64,000 nucleotides of DNA from an uncultured virus (IMG/VR IMGVR_UViG_3300020446_000005) (IMGVR_UViG_3300020446_000005); one strand, 5' to 3'. Shown: positions 1 to 8,175, counted from the first letter of the stretch. Program-made: numbers and translations. Notes: a model not told the origin generated them from the letters alone.

Positions 1-1
1 T

Positions 2-334
2 GCAGCTCATGGCTACTTCGGTCGTTTGATCTTCCAATATGCAAGTTTCAACAACAGCAGAAGTCTTCACTTCTTCTTAGCTGTATTCCCAGTTGTTTGC
101 GTATGGCTAACATCTATGGGTATTTGCACGATGGCATTTAACCTAAATGGTTTTAACTTCAACCAGTCAGTTGTTGACGTTAATGGAAAAGTCGTTCCTA
201 CATGGGCAGACATCCTTAACAGAGCTAACTTAGGCTTTGAAGTAATGCATGAGCGTAATGCTCACAACTTCCCATTAGACCTAGCTTGTGCTGAGTCTAC
301 TCAAGTTGCTCTATCTGCTCCTGCAATAGGTTGA
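2..334 (+). CDS. psbA: Photosystem II D1 protein, C-terminal part (5' truncated by window)
   Basis: [26 protein letters not shown]...[16 protein letters not shown]; the [18 protein letters not shown] segment is Prochlorococcus-type. Confidence 0.98.
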   Translation, partial: AAHGYFGRLIFQYASFNNSRSLHFFLAVFPVVCVWLTSMGICTMAFNLNGFNFNQSVVDVNGKVVPTWADILNRANLGFEVMHERNAHNFPLDLACAESTQVALSAPAIG

Positions 335-360
335 CTTGTATAGCCTGATACCGCTAGGCT
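331..360 (+). promoter_or_regulatory. sigma70-like promoter TTGACT-N18-TAGGCT with an NtcA-like GTA-N8-TAC box (338-351) in the spacer
   Basis: Hexamers read directly; same -10 and spacing as the minus-strand promoter at 19316-19345. Confidence 0.55.
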
Positions 361-366
361 AGTAAA

Positions 367-444
367 GTACATGGTTAGTAGTCTCATGTGCATGTGTGCA
401 AAGTAAAGTGGTTGACCCAGAGGTGGTGCTCTGGGTCTTTTTTT
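367..444 (+). ncRNA. Candidate ~78 nt small RNA (5' hairpin, single-stranded middle, terminator)
   Basis: Bounded by promoter and terminator; hairpin GTACATG/CATGTGC; no ORF. Confidence 0.45.
414..444 (+). terminator. Rho-independent terminator
   Basis: GACCCAGAG-GTGGTG-CTCTGGGTC followed by T7. Confidence 0.85.
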
Positions 445-789
445 ATGTATTAATAGTAGAATTAAAGAATATTTTGAGGTTTGAAAATGCCAGGTAGATC
501 GATGTTAAATAAGGACTATTATAAATTAAGAAGAGATTTTAATCCTAGAGTAGTACCTTCTGTAGATTTTATACCTGGCACTGGTCATTATGATGGAACT
601 ATTTTTGATACACCACAGATGATAGAAAACGAGCCATATCCTGATCCTTTTGGAGTACCTTTTCCTTTAGCTCAAGCAGATGAAAAAGATATGAAAGGTA
701 ACGATTTTCTAAAACAATTTATGATGAATAAGATGTTTGCATAATAGATCCTGAATCAAAACTCTTTTTTATGTATTAATAGTAGAATT
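439..789 (+). repeat. 25 bp direct repeat (439-463 and 765-789) containing a TAGAAT -10 box
   Basis: TTTTTTATGTATTAATAGTAGAATT occurs twice, each upstream of an ORF with ATG CCA GG. Confidence 0.9.
481..744 (+). CDS. Hypothetical protein with C-terminal FL motif (start may be ATG 487)
   Basis: ORF after -10 box; ends GNDFLKQFMMNKMFA. Confidence 0.7.
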   Translation: MKMPGRSMLNKDYYKLRRDFNPRVVPSVDFIPGTGHYDGTIFDTPQMIENEPYPDPFGVPFPLAQADEKDMKGNDFLKQFMMNKMFA

Positions 790-801
790 GAGAAAACATT
801 A

Positions 802-1026
802 GTGGTAACAATGCCAGGCTCAACAATGTCCCAAAATGAAGCATATGACAATATGCTGCGTTCAATGAACGGCCAAACTTTTAACAATCCAGCTATCGGA
901 AGTCTCTCCCAAGTAAGTCCTGGTGAGCAGCAACTTCGTCAAAAAGAAATGGTTAATAATCAATCAAGTGTTTCTCAAAGAGCTGCACAATTTTTGACCA
1001 TGATGAAAGGACAAGGCATGGGTTAA
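802..1026 (+). CDS. Hypothetical protein with C-terminal FL motif (start may be ATG 811)
   Basis: ORF after duplicated -10 box; ends QRAAQFLTMMKGQGMG. Confidence 0.7.
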   Translation: MVTMPGSTMSQNEAYDNMLRSMNGQTFNNPAIGSLSQVSPGEQQLRQKEMVNNQSSVSQRAAQFLTMMKGQGMG

Positions 1027-1334
1027 TGAAATTTTTAGAGGAATTTAAAAATAAAAAGTTTGGAAATAATATGATTGCTCATCATTTAGATCCTAATGCT
1101 CCAGCAGGAGACATCCCTTTTACTGAACCTTCATTAGAAGATTTAGTAGAAATGGTAAAAAAAGGTAAACTTGGAAAAGAAGTATTAGGTGATGATGCAG
1201 ATATTATGCTTCAATATGGCACTCCATCTCAAAGACGTAAACAGTTAGAAGATACAGGTTCTTTAGAGATACCTGTAATACCTTTTCAATCTGGTAAACA
1301 ATTTTTAGATAGTTACAGAACTCCCCCAGGATAA
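1026..1334 (+). CDS. Hypothetical protein with FL motifs at both ends
   Basis: TAATG coupling; MKFLEEF...GKQFLDSY. Confidence 0.75.
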   Translation: MKFLEEFKNKKFGNNMIAHHLDPNAPAGDIPFTEPSLEDLVEMVKKGKLGKEVLGDDADIMLQYGTPSQRRKQLEDTGSLEIPVIPFQSGKQFLDSYRTPPG

Positions 1335-1615
1335 TGAGATTTGCTGGTTCAATAGGATATTATCCAAGTTTTCCTGTTAAATATTCGAATATGTACAATG
1401 ATTATTCGATGGTAACAGCAGGATTAGCAGATCCTTTTCAACCACAAAAGAAAGAAAAATCAAATAAATGTAATTTTGTAGTTTCTTACATAGGAAAGAA
1501 TGAACCTAAATTTGAAATGAACAATCCACATTATATGAGAGAGGTTTCAAGATCTTATTCTGATAGTATTCCCCCTGTTATTCTTAATAAAGAGCCAATA
1601 CAGAATAGATTTTAA
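1334..1615 (+). CDS. Hypothetical protein
   Basis: TAATG-coupled ORF starting MRFAG. Confidence 0.7.
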   Translation: MRFAGSIGYYPSFPVKYSNMYNDYSMVTAGLADPFQPQKKEKSNKCNFVVSYIGKNEPKFEMNNPHYMREVSRSYSDSIPPVILNKEPIQNRF

Positions 1616-1863
1616 TGGCACAAGACGATTCCAAATACACCAAACCCGGCCTGAGAAAAAGAATATTTAATCAGGTCAAAGCTGGATCTAAAGGTGGTAA
1701 ACCAGGTCAATGGTCAGCTAGAAAAGCACAATTAGTAGCACAAAAATATAAAGCTCAAGGAGGAGGTTATAAAGGAGGTAAGGGTAAGAAGCAAAAAGAT
1801 CTGAAGAGATGGGGTAAAGAGAAGTGGATGACTAGAAAAGAATACGAGAAAAAGAAAGACTAA
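1615..1863 (+). CDS. Basic protein, N-terminal half of DUF5872-like family
   Basis: YTKPGLR...GGKPGQWSARKAQL...GGGYKG...LKRWGKEKW. Confidence 0.75.
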   Translation: MAQDDSKYTKPGLRKRIFNQVKAGSKGGKPGQWSARKAQLVAQKYKAQGGGYKGGKGKKQKDLKRWGKEKWMTRKEYEKKKD

Positions 1864-2075
1864 TGAATACAGTTACTTGGGCATTAAGACTTATTTTTGT
1901 AGTAGTTCTTTTTGAATTATTTATAGTCGCTGGAACTGTAGTCAGTTGTTTTGAAACTGATTCATGCGATGAAAATGATTCTAATAATATTACTTTAATT
2001 TTAAATAGTATTGCTGCAAAATCTTTTGCTTTATATGCAGCTGAGAAGGGGAGTTCGAGTAAAATAGAGAAATGA
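1863..2075 (+). CDS. Small membrane protein (holin-like size)
   Basis: Hydrophobic N-terminal helix, Cys pair, second weak helix. Confidence 0.65.
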   Translation: MNTVTWALRLIFVVVLFELFIVAGTVVSCFETDSCDENDSNNITLILNSIAAKSFALYAAEKGSSSKIEK

Positions 2076-2494
2076 AAACAAAAGTAGTAATTCTTCTCAA
2101 TAAAACTGCAAGTAAAGTTGGTGCAGCTTGTCCGACTGCAACAAGAGATGTAGATGAGAATGTAAAAAATAGAAATTACACCATCAGAAAGTATGGTTAT
2201 GGACCTTTAAATCCAGCTAATCCTGATCCAGGATTTTGGGAAAAAAAAGCAAAACTATGGAAAAGTGATATTGATACCGTAAAGACAGCTTTATGTGCAA
2301 ATTGCTCTGCTTTTGATCAATCTGACAAAATAATTGATTGTATTATCGAAGGTATAAATGAAACAAAAGCAGCTGATCCTTACGATGTTCAAAGAAGAGC
2401 TGACTTAGGTTACTGTCAATTGTTCAAATTCAAATGTGCAAGTGCCAGAACGTGTGATGCTTGGCTATTTGGAGGACCCATCAAGGATTGTTAA
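2072..2494 (+). CDS. Cys-rich protein with HiPIP-like/metal-binding pattern
   Basis: CANCSAF...GYCQLFKFKCASARTCDAW. Confidence 0.7.
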   Translation: MKTKVVILLNKTASKVGAACPTATRDVDENVKNRNYTIRKYGYGPLNPANPDPGFWEKKAKLWKSDIDTVKTALCANCSAFDQSDKIIDCIIEGINETKAADPYDVQRRADLGYCQLFKFKCASARTCDAWLFGGPIKDC

Positions 2495-2496
2495 TC

Positions 2497-2634
2497 ATGC
2501 ATCAAACTCCAAAGATAAAAAAAATTATTGGTGAATTGCATAAAGCATCACGGACTCATAAGGGTCAAGCACAAAGACTTGAAAAAATTTTAAAAGTCAT
2601 GCAAAACGTGGAGAAGAATAAAAAAAATGGCTGA
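2497..2634 (+). CDS. Small basic hypothetical protein (45 aa, not in ORF track)
   Basis: MHQTPKIKKIIGELHKASRTHKGQAQRLEKIL...; fills gap in operon. Confidence 0.6.
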   Translation: MHQTPKIKKIIGELHKASRTHKGQAQRLEKILKVMQNVEKNKKNG

Positions 2635-2839
2635 TAAAGCAATAAAAAAAGGTAAAAAAAGCACTTCTAGGTATCTACCTGAAGCTGCATGGAAAGCAAT
2701 GTCTAAAGCTGAAAGAAAAAAAACAGATGATAAAAAGAAACGTGAAAGTAGAAAAGGCAAACAATTTGTAAAAAATACTGCCAAAGCAAGAAAGGCTAGA
2801 AAGATGGCAAGTAAAAGAGCAGCGAGGAGTATGAAATGA
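2627..2839 (+). CDS. Basic protein, C-terminal half of DUF5872-like family
   Basis: TSRYLPEAAWKAMS...KKKRESRKGKQFVKNT. Confidence 0.7.
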   Translation: MADKAIKKGKKSTSRYLPEAAWKAMSKAERKKTDDKKKRESRKGKQFVKNTAKARKARKMASKRAARSMK

Positions 2840-3468
2840 GCAAATTTAAAGAAAGAGCAAAAGATTTTGCTGCAGCAGGATTAAATAAATTACCTGATAA
2901 CGCTAATTTATTTCTACGTTATATGACAGGACTTGGTGGACGTAATTTAGATTTAGATGATAGAACTATATCTAATATTAGAGAAGCAAGTAAGGAAGCT
3001 GATAAATATACTACTAGATTTGATAGAGAATTTATTGATGAAATGGGTGAAAGAAAAACATTTACGCCTTTATCATCATTTACTTTCGCAAGTGAAAATC
3101 CAAGAACAGGTGCTGTAAATCCTTATGGTAGTGGGAATAAAGATGTAATACAAACTTTGGGTAGATTTCAATCAACAGTAAATCCAAATGGTAAAACCTT
3201 TAATATAAAAGATACATATGACATGAAAAATAAATTTGAAGATCCTGATTTAGTTTCAGGAAAAATACAACCAATAAAAGCTTTGCAGGAATTTTCTAAA
3301 GCTCTTGGAGGAGTAGGAAGAGGAGCAGAATATGGTTTTACTATGTCTCCTAAAACTAGTGTTGCTCGTGGTCTTTTGTATGGATTACCTATAAAACCAA
3401 AGGGATTTGGTATAGATATAGATATTCCTATGACTGGAGATATAAAAAACAGAGAAAGATATAAGTAA
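2836..3468 (+). CDS. Hypothetical protein
   Basis: 210 aa ORF, ATGA overlap. Confidence 0.75.
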   Translation: MSKFKERAKDFAAAGLNKLPDNANLFLRYMTGLGGRNLDLDDRTISNIREASKEADKYTTRFDREFIDEMGERKTFTPLSSFTFASENPRTGAVNPYGSGNKDVIQTLGRFQSTVNPNGKTFNIKDTYDMKNKFEDPDLVSGKIQPIKALQEFSKALGGVGRGAEYGFTMSPKTSVARGLLYGLPIKPKGFGIDIDIPMTGDIKNRERYK

Positions 3469-3764
3469 TGGCTGCTCGTATACCTAGAAAAAAAGGACAG
3501 CCTGCTAAAAGTGATAAGCATAGCGATCTATATACAGATGAAGATCCAAAGGGTACTATTAAGGGTTTAGGTTTTAAAAATAAAAGAGTCGCTGCATTAA
3601 GTGTTGCGAAAATAAGAAGGAGTAATAGAACTCATGCTCATAAAACTCAAGCTGCTATAGCTATGGAGCAAAGAGCAAAAGTTGCTGGTAAAAAAGAAGC
3701 TGCGTCTGTCTATCGTAAATTTATTGAGCAACAAAAAATAAAAACTAAACAGAAAAATGCTTAG
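3468..3764 (+). CDS. Basic conserved marine-phage hypothetical protein
   Basis: HSDLYTDEDPKGTIKGLGFK...AMEQRA. Confidence 0.75.
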   Translation: MAARIPRKKGQPAKSDKHSDLYTDEDPKGTIKGLGFKNKRVAALSVAKIRRSNRTHAHKTQAAIAMEQRAKVAGKKEAASVYRKFIEQQKIKTKQKNA

Positions 3765-3903
3765 ACCTAATACAGAATTATTACGAGAAGAGGTAAACCA
3801 AGGTCAGCCTAGATATGTAGATGTATCTAAAGGTACTCTTACAGCAAAAACTAAAAGAGCTGAAGCTATAAACAAAGCTACTTTAAGAAAAAAATCAAAA
3901 TAA
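3757..3903 (+). CDS. Small basic hypothetical protein (48 aa)
   Basis: MLRPNTELLREEV...LRKKSK; overlaps previous stop. Confidence 0.5.
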   Translation: MLRPNTELLREEVNQGQPRYVDVSKGTLTAKTKRAEAINKATLRKKSK

Positions 3904-4290
3904 TTAATAAGTCCGATAAACAGGCATATTACCTCTTGGTACTCCTTTCATTAAATCAGGATAATTTTTTAATGTTTTATCATAATCAAAACCTTCGGAA
4001 GCTGGTATTCCACCTTCAATAAAGTCCATATAGCCTCTTATTCTGTCTCTTAAAATGGGTGAGTCAAAGCCAAATTCTTTGTACATTTTTTCTTGTTCTG
4101 CATCTTTAAATTGACCAAAGTTACCTACTGCATGATACTTAGCCTTCTGTCCCCCAGGAAATGTTTCTGGTAATTCAGGATAATCCACTCGCCTATTAAA
4201 ACCTGTTTCCATATCAGGAACAGTAACGTCTGCAGCTATAAGATTTTTAGAGTAGTTATCTAAAAATGATTTTGTGTTAATTTTTGCCAT
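3904..4290 (-). CDS. Hypothetical protein with N-terminal FL motif
   Basis: MAKINTKSFLDNYSKNL. Confidence 0.75.
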   Translation of the reverse strand: MAKINTKSFLDNYSKNLIAADVTVPDMETGFNRRVDYPELPETFPGGQKAKYHAVGNFGQFKDAEQEKMYKEFGFDSPILRDRIRGYMDFIEGGIPASEGFDYDKTLKNYPDLMKGVPRGNMPVYRTY

Positions 4291-4293
4291 AAT

Positions 4294-4449
4294 TTATGCT
4301 TTTTTTGGATTTTTTTTACCATGAGCCTTGTAATCCATAGCAAGACCTATAGCTATTGCTTGTTTTCTTTTCTTTACTGTTTTATCTCCTCCTGATTTAA
4401 GTTCGCCTGCTTTAAATTCAGACATAACTTTTTCCATTTTATGAGGCAT
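4294..4449 (-). CDS. DUF6496-like small basic protein (51 aa)
   Basis: KVMSEFKAGELKSGG...KRKQAIAIGL. Confidence 0.75.
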   Translation of the reverse strand: MPHKMEKVMSEFKAGELKSGGDKTVKKRKQAIAIGLAMDYKAHGKKNPKKA

Positions 4450-4470
4450 TTTTTTCTGAAATTCTTTTAT

Positions 4471-4617
4471 TTATTTTAATTTATCTATTTTTTTTATTAC
4501 TTTATTGTAGAGACTAAATTTAATACCCTTATGCTTTAAAACAATCATTTTTGACATAGTCATCTCTGTACTATAAAAAATGATAGGTTCGTTCTCTAGT
4601 CCTGCATCGCCACTCAT
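4471..4617 (-). CDS. Small hypothetical protein (48 aa)
   Basis: MSGDAGLENEPIIFYSTEMT... Confidence 0.55.
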   Translation of the reverse strand: MSGDAGLENEPIIFYSTEMTMSKMIVLKHKGIKFSLYNKVIKKIDKLK

Positions 4618-4649
4618 AACCATATTTTAAGCTATTATTACGATTAAAT

Positions 4650-4877
4650 TTATTTTTTATTAACTTTCTTTAATTCTTTCTTTGCTTCTTTAACATATTT
4701 TTTTAGAACATCCATATCTAACATAAGATAACCATCTTCTTCAAAGACCGCTTCTGGTATGACATCCCTAACTTGTTGTGCAGAAAAACCAGCTCTAAGT
4801 CTTTGATCAATATCAAATTCTTCTTTATATCTAAATTGAATAGCTTGGAGCTGTTTTAATTTTTCTAAAGCACTCAT
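4650..4877 (-). CDS. Stand-alone body of a peptidase S74 / intramolecular chaperone domain
   Basis: ALEKLKQLQAIQFRYK...AGFSAQQVRDVIPEAV...DGYLMLD; lacks the N-terminal SDxRxK motif. Confidence 0.75.
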   Translation of the reverse strand: MSALEKLKQLQAIQFRYKEEFDIDQRLRAGFSAQQVRDVIPEAVFEEDGYLMLDMDVLKKYVKEAKKELKKVNKK

Positions 4878-6856
4878 GCTTGTAATTCTTTTACAAAATA
4901 TGCTACTTCAGCTAAATCATCTCTAATTAAATTCATATTTGTAAGAGGCATAATATTAAATTTACATCTCAAATCACATCTTCTTCCTCTTCTTCCTCTT
5001 CTTCCTCTTCTTCTGCTTCTGCTCCTTCTTGCACCACTTGATCTTCTTCTACTTCTGCTTGTATTACTACTTCTACTCCTTGAGGAACTTCTTCTACTTT
5101 TACTTCCTGTAGCTCCTCTAGATCTACTACCTGCACTACCTGCTGAGCCTCCTCTTCTACCTGCTCTTCCTGTAGATCTTCTACTACTACTTCTTGTTCC
5201 ACTTCTTGAGGCTCTCCTACTTGCACTCCCTGTCGCTCCTCTTGATCTTGAAGTTGCTCCACTGGATCCACTTCTTCTACTCTTACTTCTGTTAAATGAC
5301 CTTGATTTTTTTACTGCTGTCTTAGCAGATGCTGCAGTTGCTGATGTTCCTGACCTTGTTTGTGATTTTCTACCTCTTGATGCTGCTATTCTCTTTTTTC
5401 GTGCTTCATTTCTTGCTTTAGCCCTGTCTCGCATCTTTTGTCTATTCTCTGCATTTACCTGAGAGACTGTCTTTCCTTGCAATGTTCTGTTTACTGCTGC
5501 TGCTTGAGCTCTAGCAACTCCTGTGTTTGAAGTTGGCCTGGCTACTCCGCTCTCATCAATAGAAACATTTGGATTCCTTGCTGCTATTGATTGTGCTTTA
5601 GCAACATTACTAGGGTCTTTGGCAATTCCTAAATTTACACTACCAAAAGGAACACCTTGACCAGCTAATCGTGTTTGTCCAGTAGTTTGTTGTATAGCTT
5701 TCTGTGCTGATTCTTGTGTAGCTGCCTCTGCACTCGGAGTAAATACTCTAGATACACCTTCGACTGTTTTTTTTAGTAAATCTCCAGTTTTTTGAAGAAT
5801 TCCTTTTTTCTTTGGTTGTTCAGATTCTTTTTTATTTATTTCCGCTGCTTCTTTAGAAGAACGTATAATTCCATATTTATCTAGATTTTCATTTGGTCCT
5901 AATTTTTTTAACCTTTCTCTATACTCAGGAGCAGTCAAAATATATTTATTCATAGGATCTGGTCTACCTTTTTCATCATATTCAAGTTGACTTTTGTAAT
6001 AATTTAAATCCTTAATTTGTTTATTAGTATCCTCTAATCCACGCACCGCAGCGTTTAATCTTTCCTTTTGTTTTGTTTTATAATCTTCTTTTGCATCTGT
6101 AGCAATATATCTTTTTATAGTTTTTGTGTCGTATTCTGCTTTATCTTGAAAATAATCAGTAGCTGTAGGAGTTCCATCAGGAGCTGTTCCATACCTGATA
6201 TTTTTTCTTTTAAATGTATCTATTGCTTCTTTATCACTTAGACCAGAATAATCAGAATCCCTTCGTGCTTGTTTTAGTCTAATAGTATCTTTATACTCCT
6301 CGGAGCCAAATCTTCCTCTATCTGTCGCCTCTTTAAATTCAGGTTTTGAAAAAATACTCTTATAATCTGTTTTTGGTTCATCTTTATCAAATATCTGCTT
6401 AATTTGTTTATAGCTATCCTCATAGCCTGGGGATGTTTTTTGTTTATAACTAGTGTCATAACTAGCATCAGCAAGATTTTGCGAGGCTTGATTTACTATA
6501 CCAGTTACTTTATTAGCATCATTAGCAACACTAAAATCACTACCACTAAAGCCAGATAAGTCTGCTGATGCAACTTTTACATTATTTCTAGGATCAAAAG
6601 CAGCACCATCTGGAGAGAAAAATCCGCCCTTATTGGTAGGTGAAGCGTCAACTCTGTCTTTAAAAGGATTAAATCTATCTCCCATTCCTCTACCAGTTTC
6701 TTTTACTGCCCCTGTACTTTCCTGACCACTTAATCTTTTACTAGCATTATCAATATCTCTAATCATTTTATCTAATGGATCTACTCTATAAGTAGCCATT
6801 GCCATCCTTGTGGCTTTCTTTGATGGTGCTTTAATACCAGATCCTTCTATTGCCAA
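4874..6856 (-). CDS. 660 aa protein with protamine-like Arg/Ser tail and terminal S74-like CDLRCK motif; putative virion core protein
   Basis: Long ORF (TTG start, TAGAAT upstream); ~140 aa R/S/G/A/T low-complexity tract then CDLRCKFNIMPL. Confidence 0.8.
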   Translation of the reverse strand: MAIEGSGIKAPSKKATRMAMATYRVDPLDKMIRDIDNASKRLSGQESTGAVKETGRGMGDRFNPFKDRVDASPTNKGGFFSPDGAAFDPRNNVKVASADLSGFSGSDFSVANDANKVTGIVNQASQNLADASYDTSYKQKTSPGYEDSYKQIKQIFDKDEPKTDYKSIFSKPEFKEATDRGRFGSEEYKDTIRLKQARRDSDYSGLSDKEAIDTFKRKNIRYGTAPDGTPTATDYFQDKAEYDTKTIKRYIATDAKEDYKTKQKERLNAAVRGLEDTNKQIKDLNYYKSQLEYDEKGRPDPMNKYILTAPEYRERLKKLGPNENLDKYGIIRSSKEAAEINKKESEQPKKKGILQKTGDLLKKTVEGVSRVFTPSAEAATQESAQKAIQQTTGQTRLAGQGVPFGSVNLGIAKDPSNVAKAQSIAARNPNVSIDESGVARPTSNTGVARAQAAAVNRTLQGKTVSQVNAENRQKMRDRAKARNEARKKRIAASRGRKSQTRSGTSATAASAKTAVKKSRSFNRSKSRRSGSSGATSRSRGATGSASRRASRSGTRSSSRRSTGRAGRRGGSAGSAGSRSRGATGSKSRRSSSRSRSSNTSRSRRRSSGARRSRSRRRGRRGRRGRRCDLRCKFNIMPLTNMNLIRDDLAEVAYFVKELQA

Positions 6857-6895
6857 AATCTTTTCTAATACTTGTTAGAACTATTCTATTATTAC

Positions 6896-7087
6896 TTAAC
6901 AATCAAATAGTCTTAAATCCTTTCTATAGTCATTTAAACCTCTGTGCAAACAAATAAGTTTAAAATTATTAAGAGAAATATTTTTATTAATCAATTTATT
7001 TTCTTTTAACTCTACTAAAATATCGTTAAATTCTAAGAGCTCTGAATCCAATGATTGTTGAGGATTAGGTGTAATCACAACTTTCAT
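6896..7087 (-). CDS. Hypothetical protein
   Basis: 63 aa ORF in minus-strand block. Confidence 0.5.
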   Translation of the reverse strand: MKVVITPNPQQSLDSELLEFNDILVELKENKLINKNISLNNFKLICLHRGLNDYRKDLRLFDC

Positions 7088-7119
7088 AGGTAAATTATTG
7101 TATTACCTTAATTGTAACT

Positions 7120-7371
7120 TCAATTATCGTTCTTCAGCAATAGTAATTTTTTAATCTCTGAGTCATTAGCTTCAATTAGATTGGTTATCATTTTTAATTT
7201 CTTTTCAGCATTCAAAGCCCTTTGACTCCAATAAACTAAATGTCTATTAGTATTATCTAATTCTGTTTCTAAAGCGGTTTGGAATAAAGTTGATGGACTT
7301 ATTTGTTTACCAGACTGTTTCCATCTCTTATGTAGTTCTCCTGGAACAGATACGCTAACTACTTCTGCCAT
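7120..7371 (-). CDS. Ribbon-helix-helix (CcdA-like) DNA-binding protein
   Basis: VVSVSVPGELHKRWK...ISPSTLFQTALETEL followed by coiled coil. Confidence 0.55.
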   Translation of the reverse strand: MAEVVSVSVPGELHKRWKQSGKQISPSTLFQTALETELDNTNRHLVYWSQRALNAEKKLKMITNLIEANDSEIKKLLLLKNDN

Positions 7372-7412
7372 GTGACTATAACAAACTATAAGCCAACATA
7401 GCACAAAAATTA

Positions 7413-7610
7413 TTAATCAACACCTTTAAGTGAAGATTTTATTTGATCGGTTAATACAATTGGTATTGGTTCGCTTACTGTAAGGTCAGTTGTAGCTCGA
7501 ATACCATTAGCAAATTGTTCTGCTTCATCAATACATTTGAATTGTGGAGCATGAGCACCTATTGAATCGTTATAAACAAATACAACATATCCTGTAACTG
7601 GAAAAGTCAT
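7413..7610 (-). CDS. Hypothetical protein
   Basis: 65 aa ORF. Confidence 0.65.
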   Translation of the reverse strand: MTFPVTGYVVFVYNDSIGAHAPQFKCIDEAEQFANGIRATTDLTVSEPIPIVLTDQIKSSLKGVD

Positions 7611-7657
7611 TTAGTAAAAATACTTACCTTTTGAAGATACTCTTAATTTCTTAAATT

Positions 7658-7828
7658 TCAACCGATATAAAATGGTCCAGACTTATAAAATAAATCTGGT
7701 TGTCCTGCTACTGTTTCATCTGCTTCCACACAATCAGTCACTTTAATTACTTGACTTAAACCACCACTAGTAGCTTTTGAGAGTACTGCCCATGCGAGTT
7801 GTTTGCCGTTGTTTTTGTTGTCGCTCAT
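7658..7828 (-). CDS. Small hypothetical protein (56 aa)
   Basis: MSDNKNNGKQLAWAVLS...; AAGGA upstream. Confidence 0.6.
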   Translation of the reverse strand: MSDNKNNGKQLAWAVLSKATSGGLSQVIKVTDCVEADETVAGQPDLFYKSGPFYIG

Positions 7829-7878
7829 AGTTATTTTCCTTGTTCGTGTAATTTATTATGCAGTAAAGATACTTGCAT

Positions 7879-7896
7879 TGTACAAATATTTGTACA
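7879..7896. promoter_or_regulatory. Perfect 18 bp palindrome, candidate operator
   Basis: TGTACAAATATTTGTACA in intergenic DNA. Confidence 0.5.
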
Positions 7897-7978
7897 TTAA
7901 AAAACCATTGCTATGACTAAGCTCTGGATACTCAATCTAGCAATGGCTTGGGGTTTTGGGAAGTAAAATTCTTAAGAA

Positions 7979-8152
7979 TTAAAAAGTGTTAAGAAAATCA
8001 TCGTTTAAGTTATCATCTCCTAATAAACCAGCCCCTAAAGCTGCCCCATATTTTATATTTCCACGAGATATAGAGTTTTCTACTTGATGACGAAGCATGT
8101 CCTTATATATGTCAGAGTCATCTAAAACTCCTGATACATAATTAAATTTCAT
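7979..8152 (-). CDS. Small hypothetical protein (57 aa) with C-terminal FL motif
   Basis: MKFNYVSG...GAALGAGLLG...NDDFLNTF. Confidence 0.55.
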   Translation of the reverse strand: MKFNYVSGVLDDSDIYKDMLRHQVENSISRGNIKYGAALGAGLLGDDNLNDDFLNTF

Positions 8153-8175
8153 TGTATTAAATGTAAAGTGCCTTC

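Noticed and set aside
4860..4990. Sequencing frameshift as the cause of the S74 split
   Set aside because: The junction is a clean ATGA stop/start overlap and the upstream ORF has about 20 extra residues forming its own KELQA helix; cannot be fully excluded without reads
4969..5271. 100 aa Glu-rich ORF overlapping the Arg/Ser tract
   Set aside because: AGA/AGT repeats read as GAA/GTA in the shifted frame, so it is expected as a by-product; no SD or promoter seen
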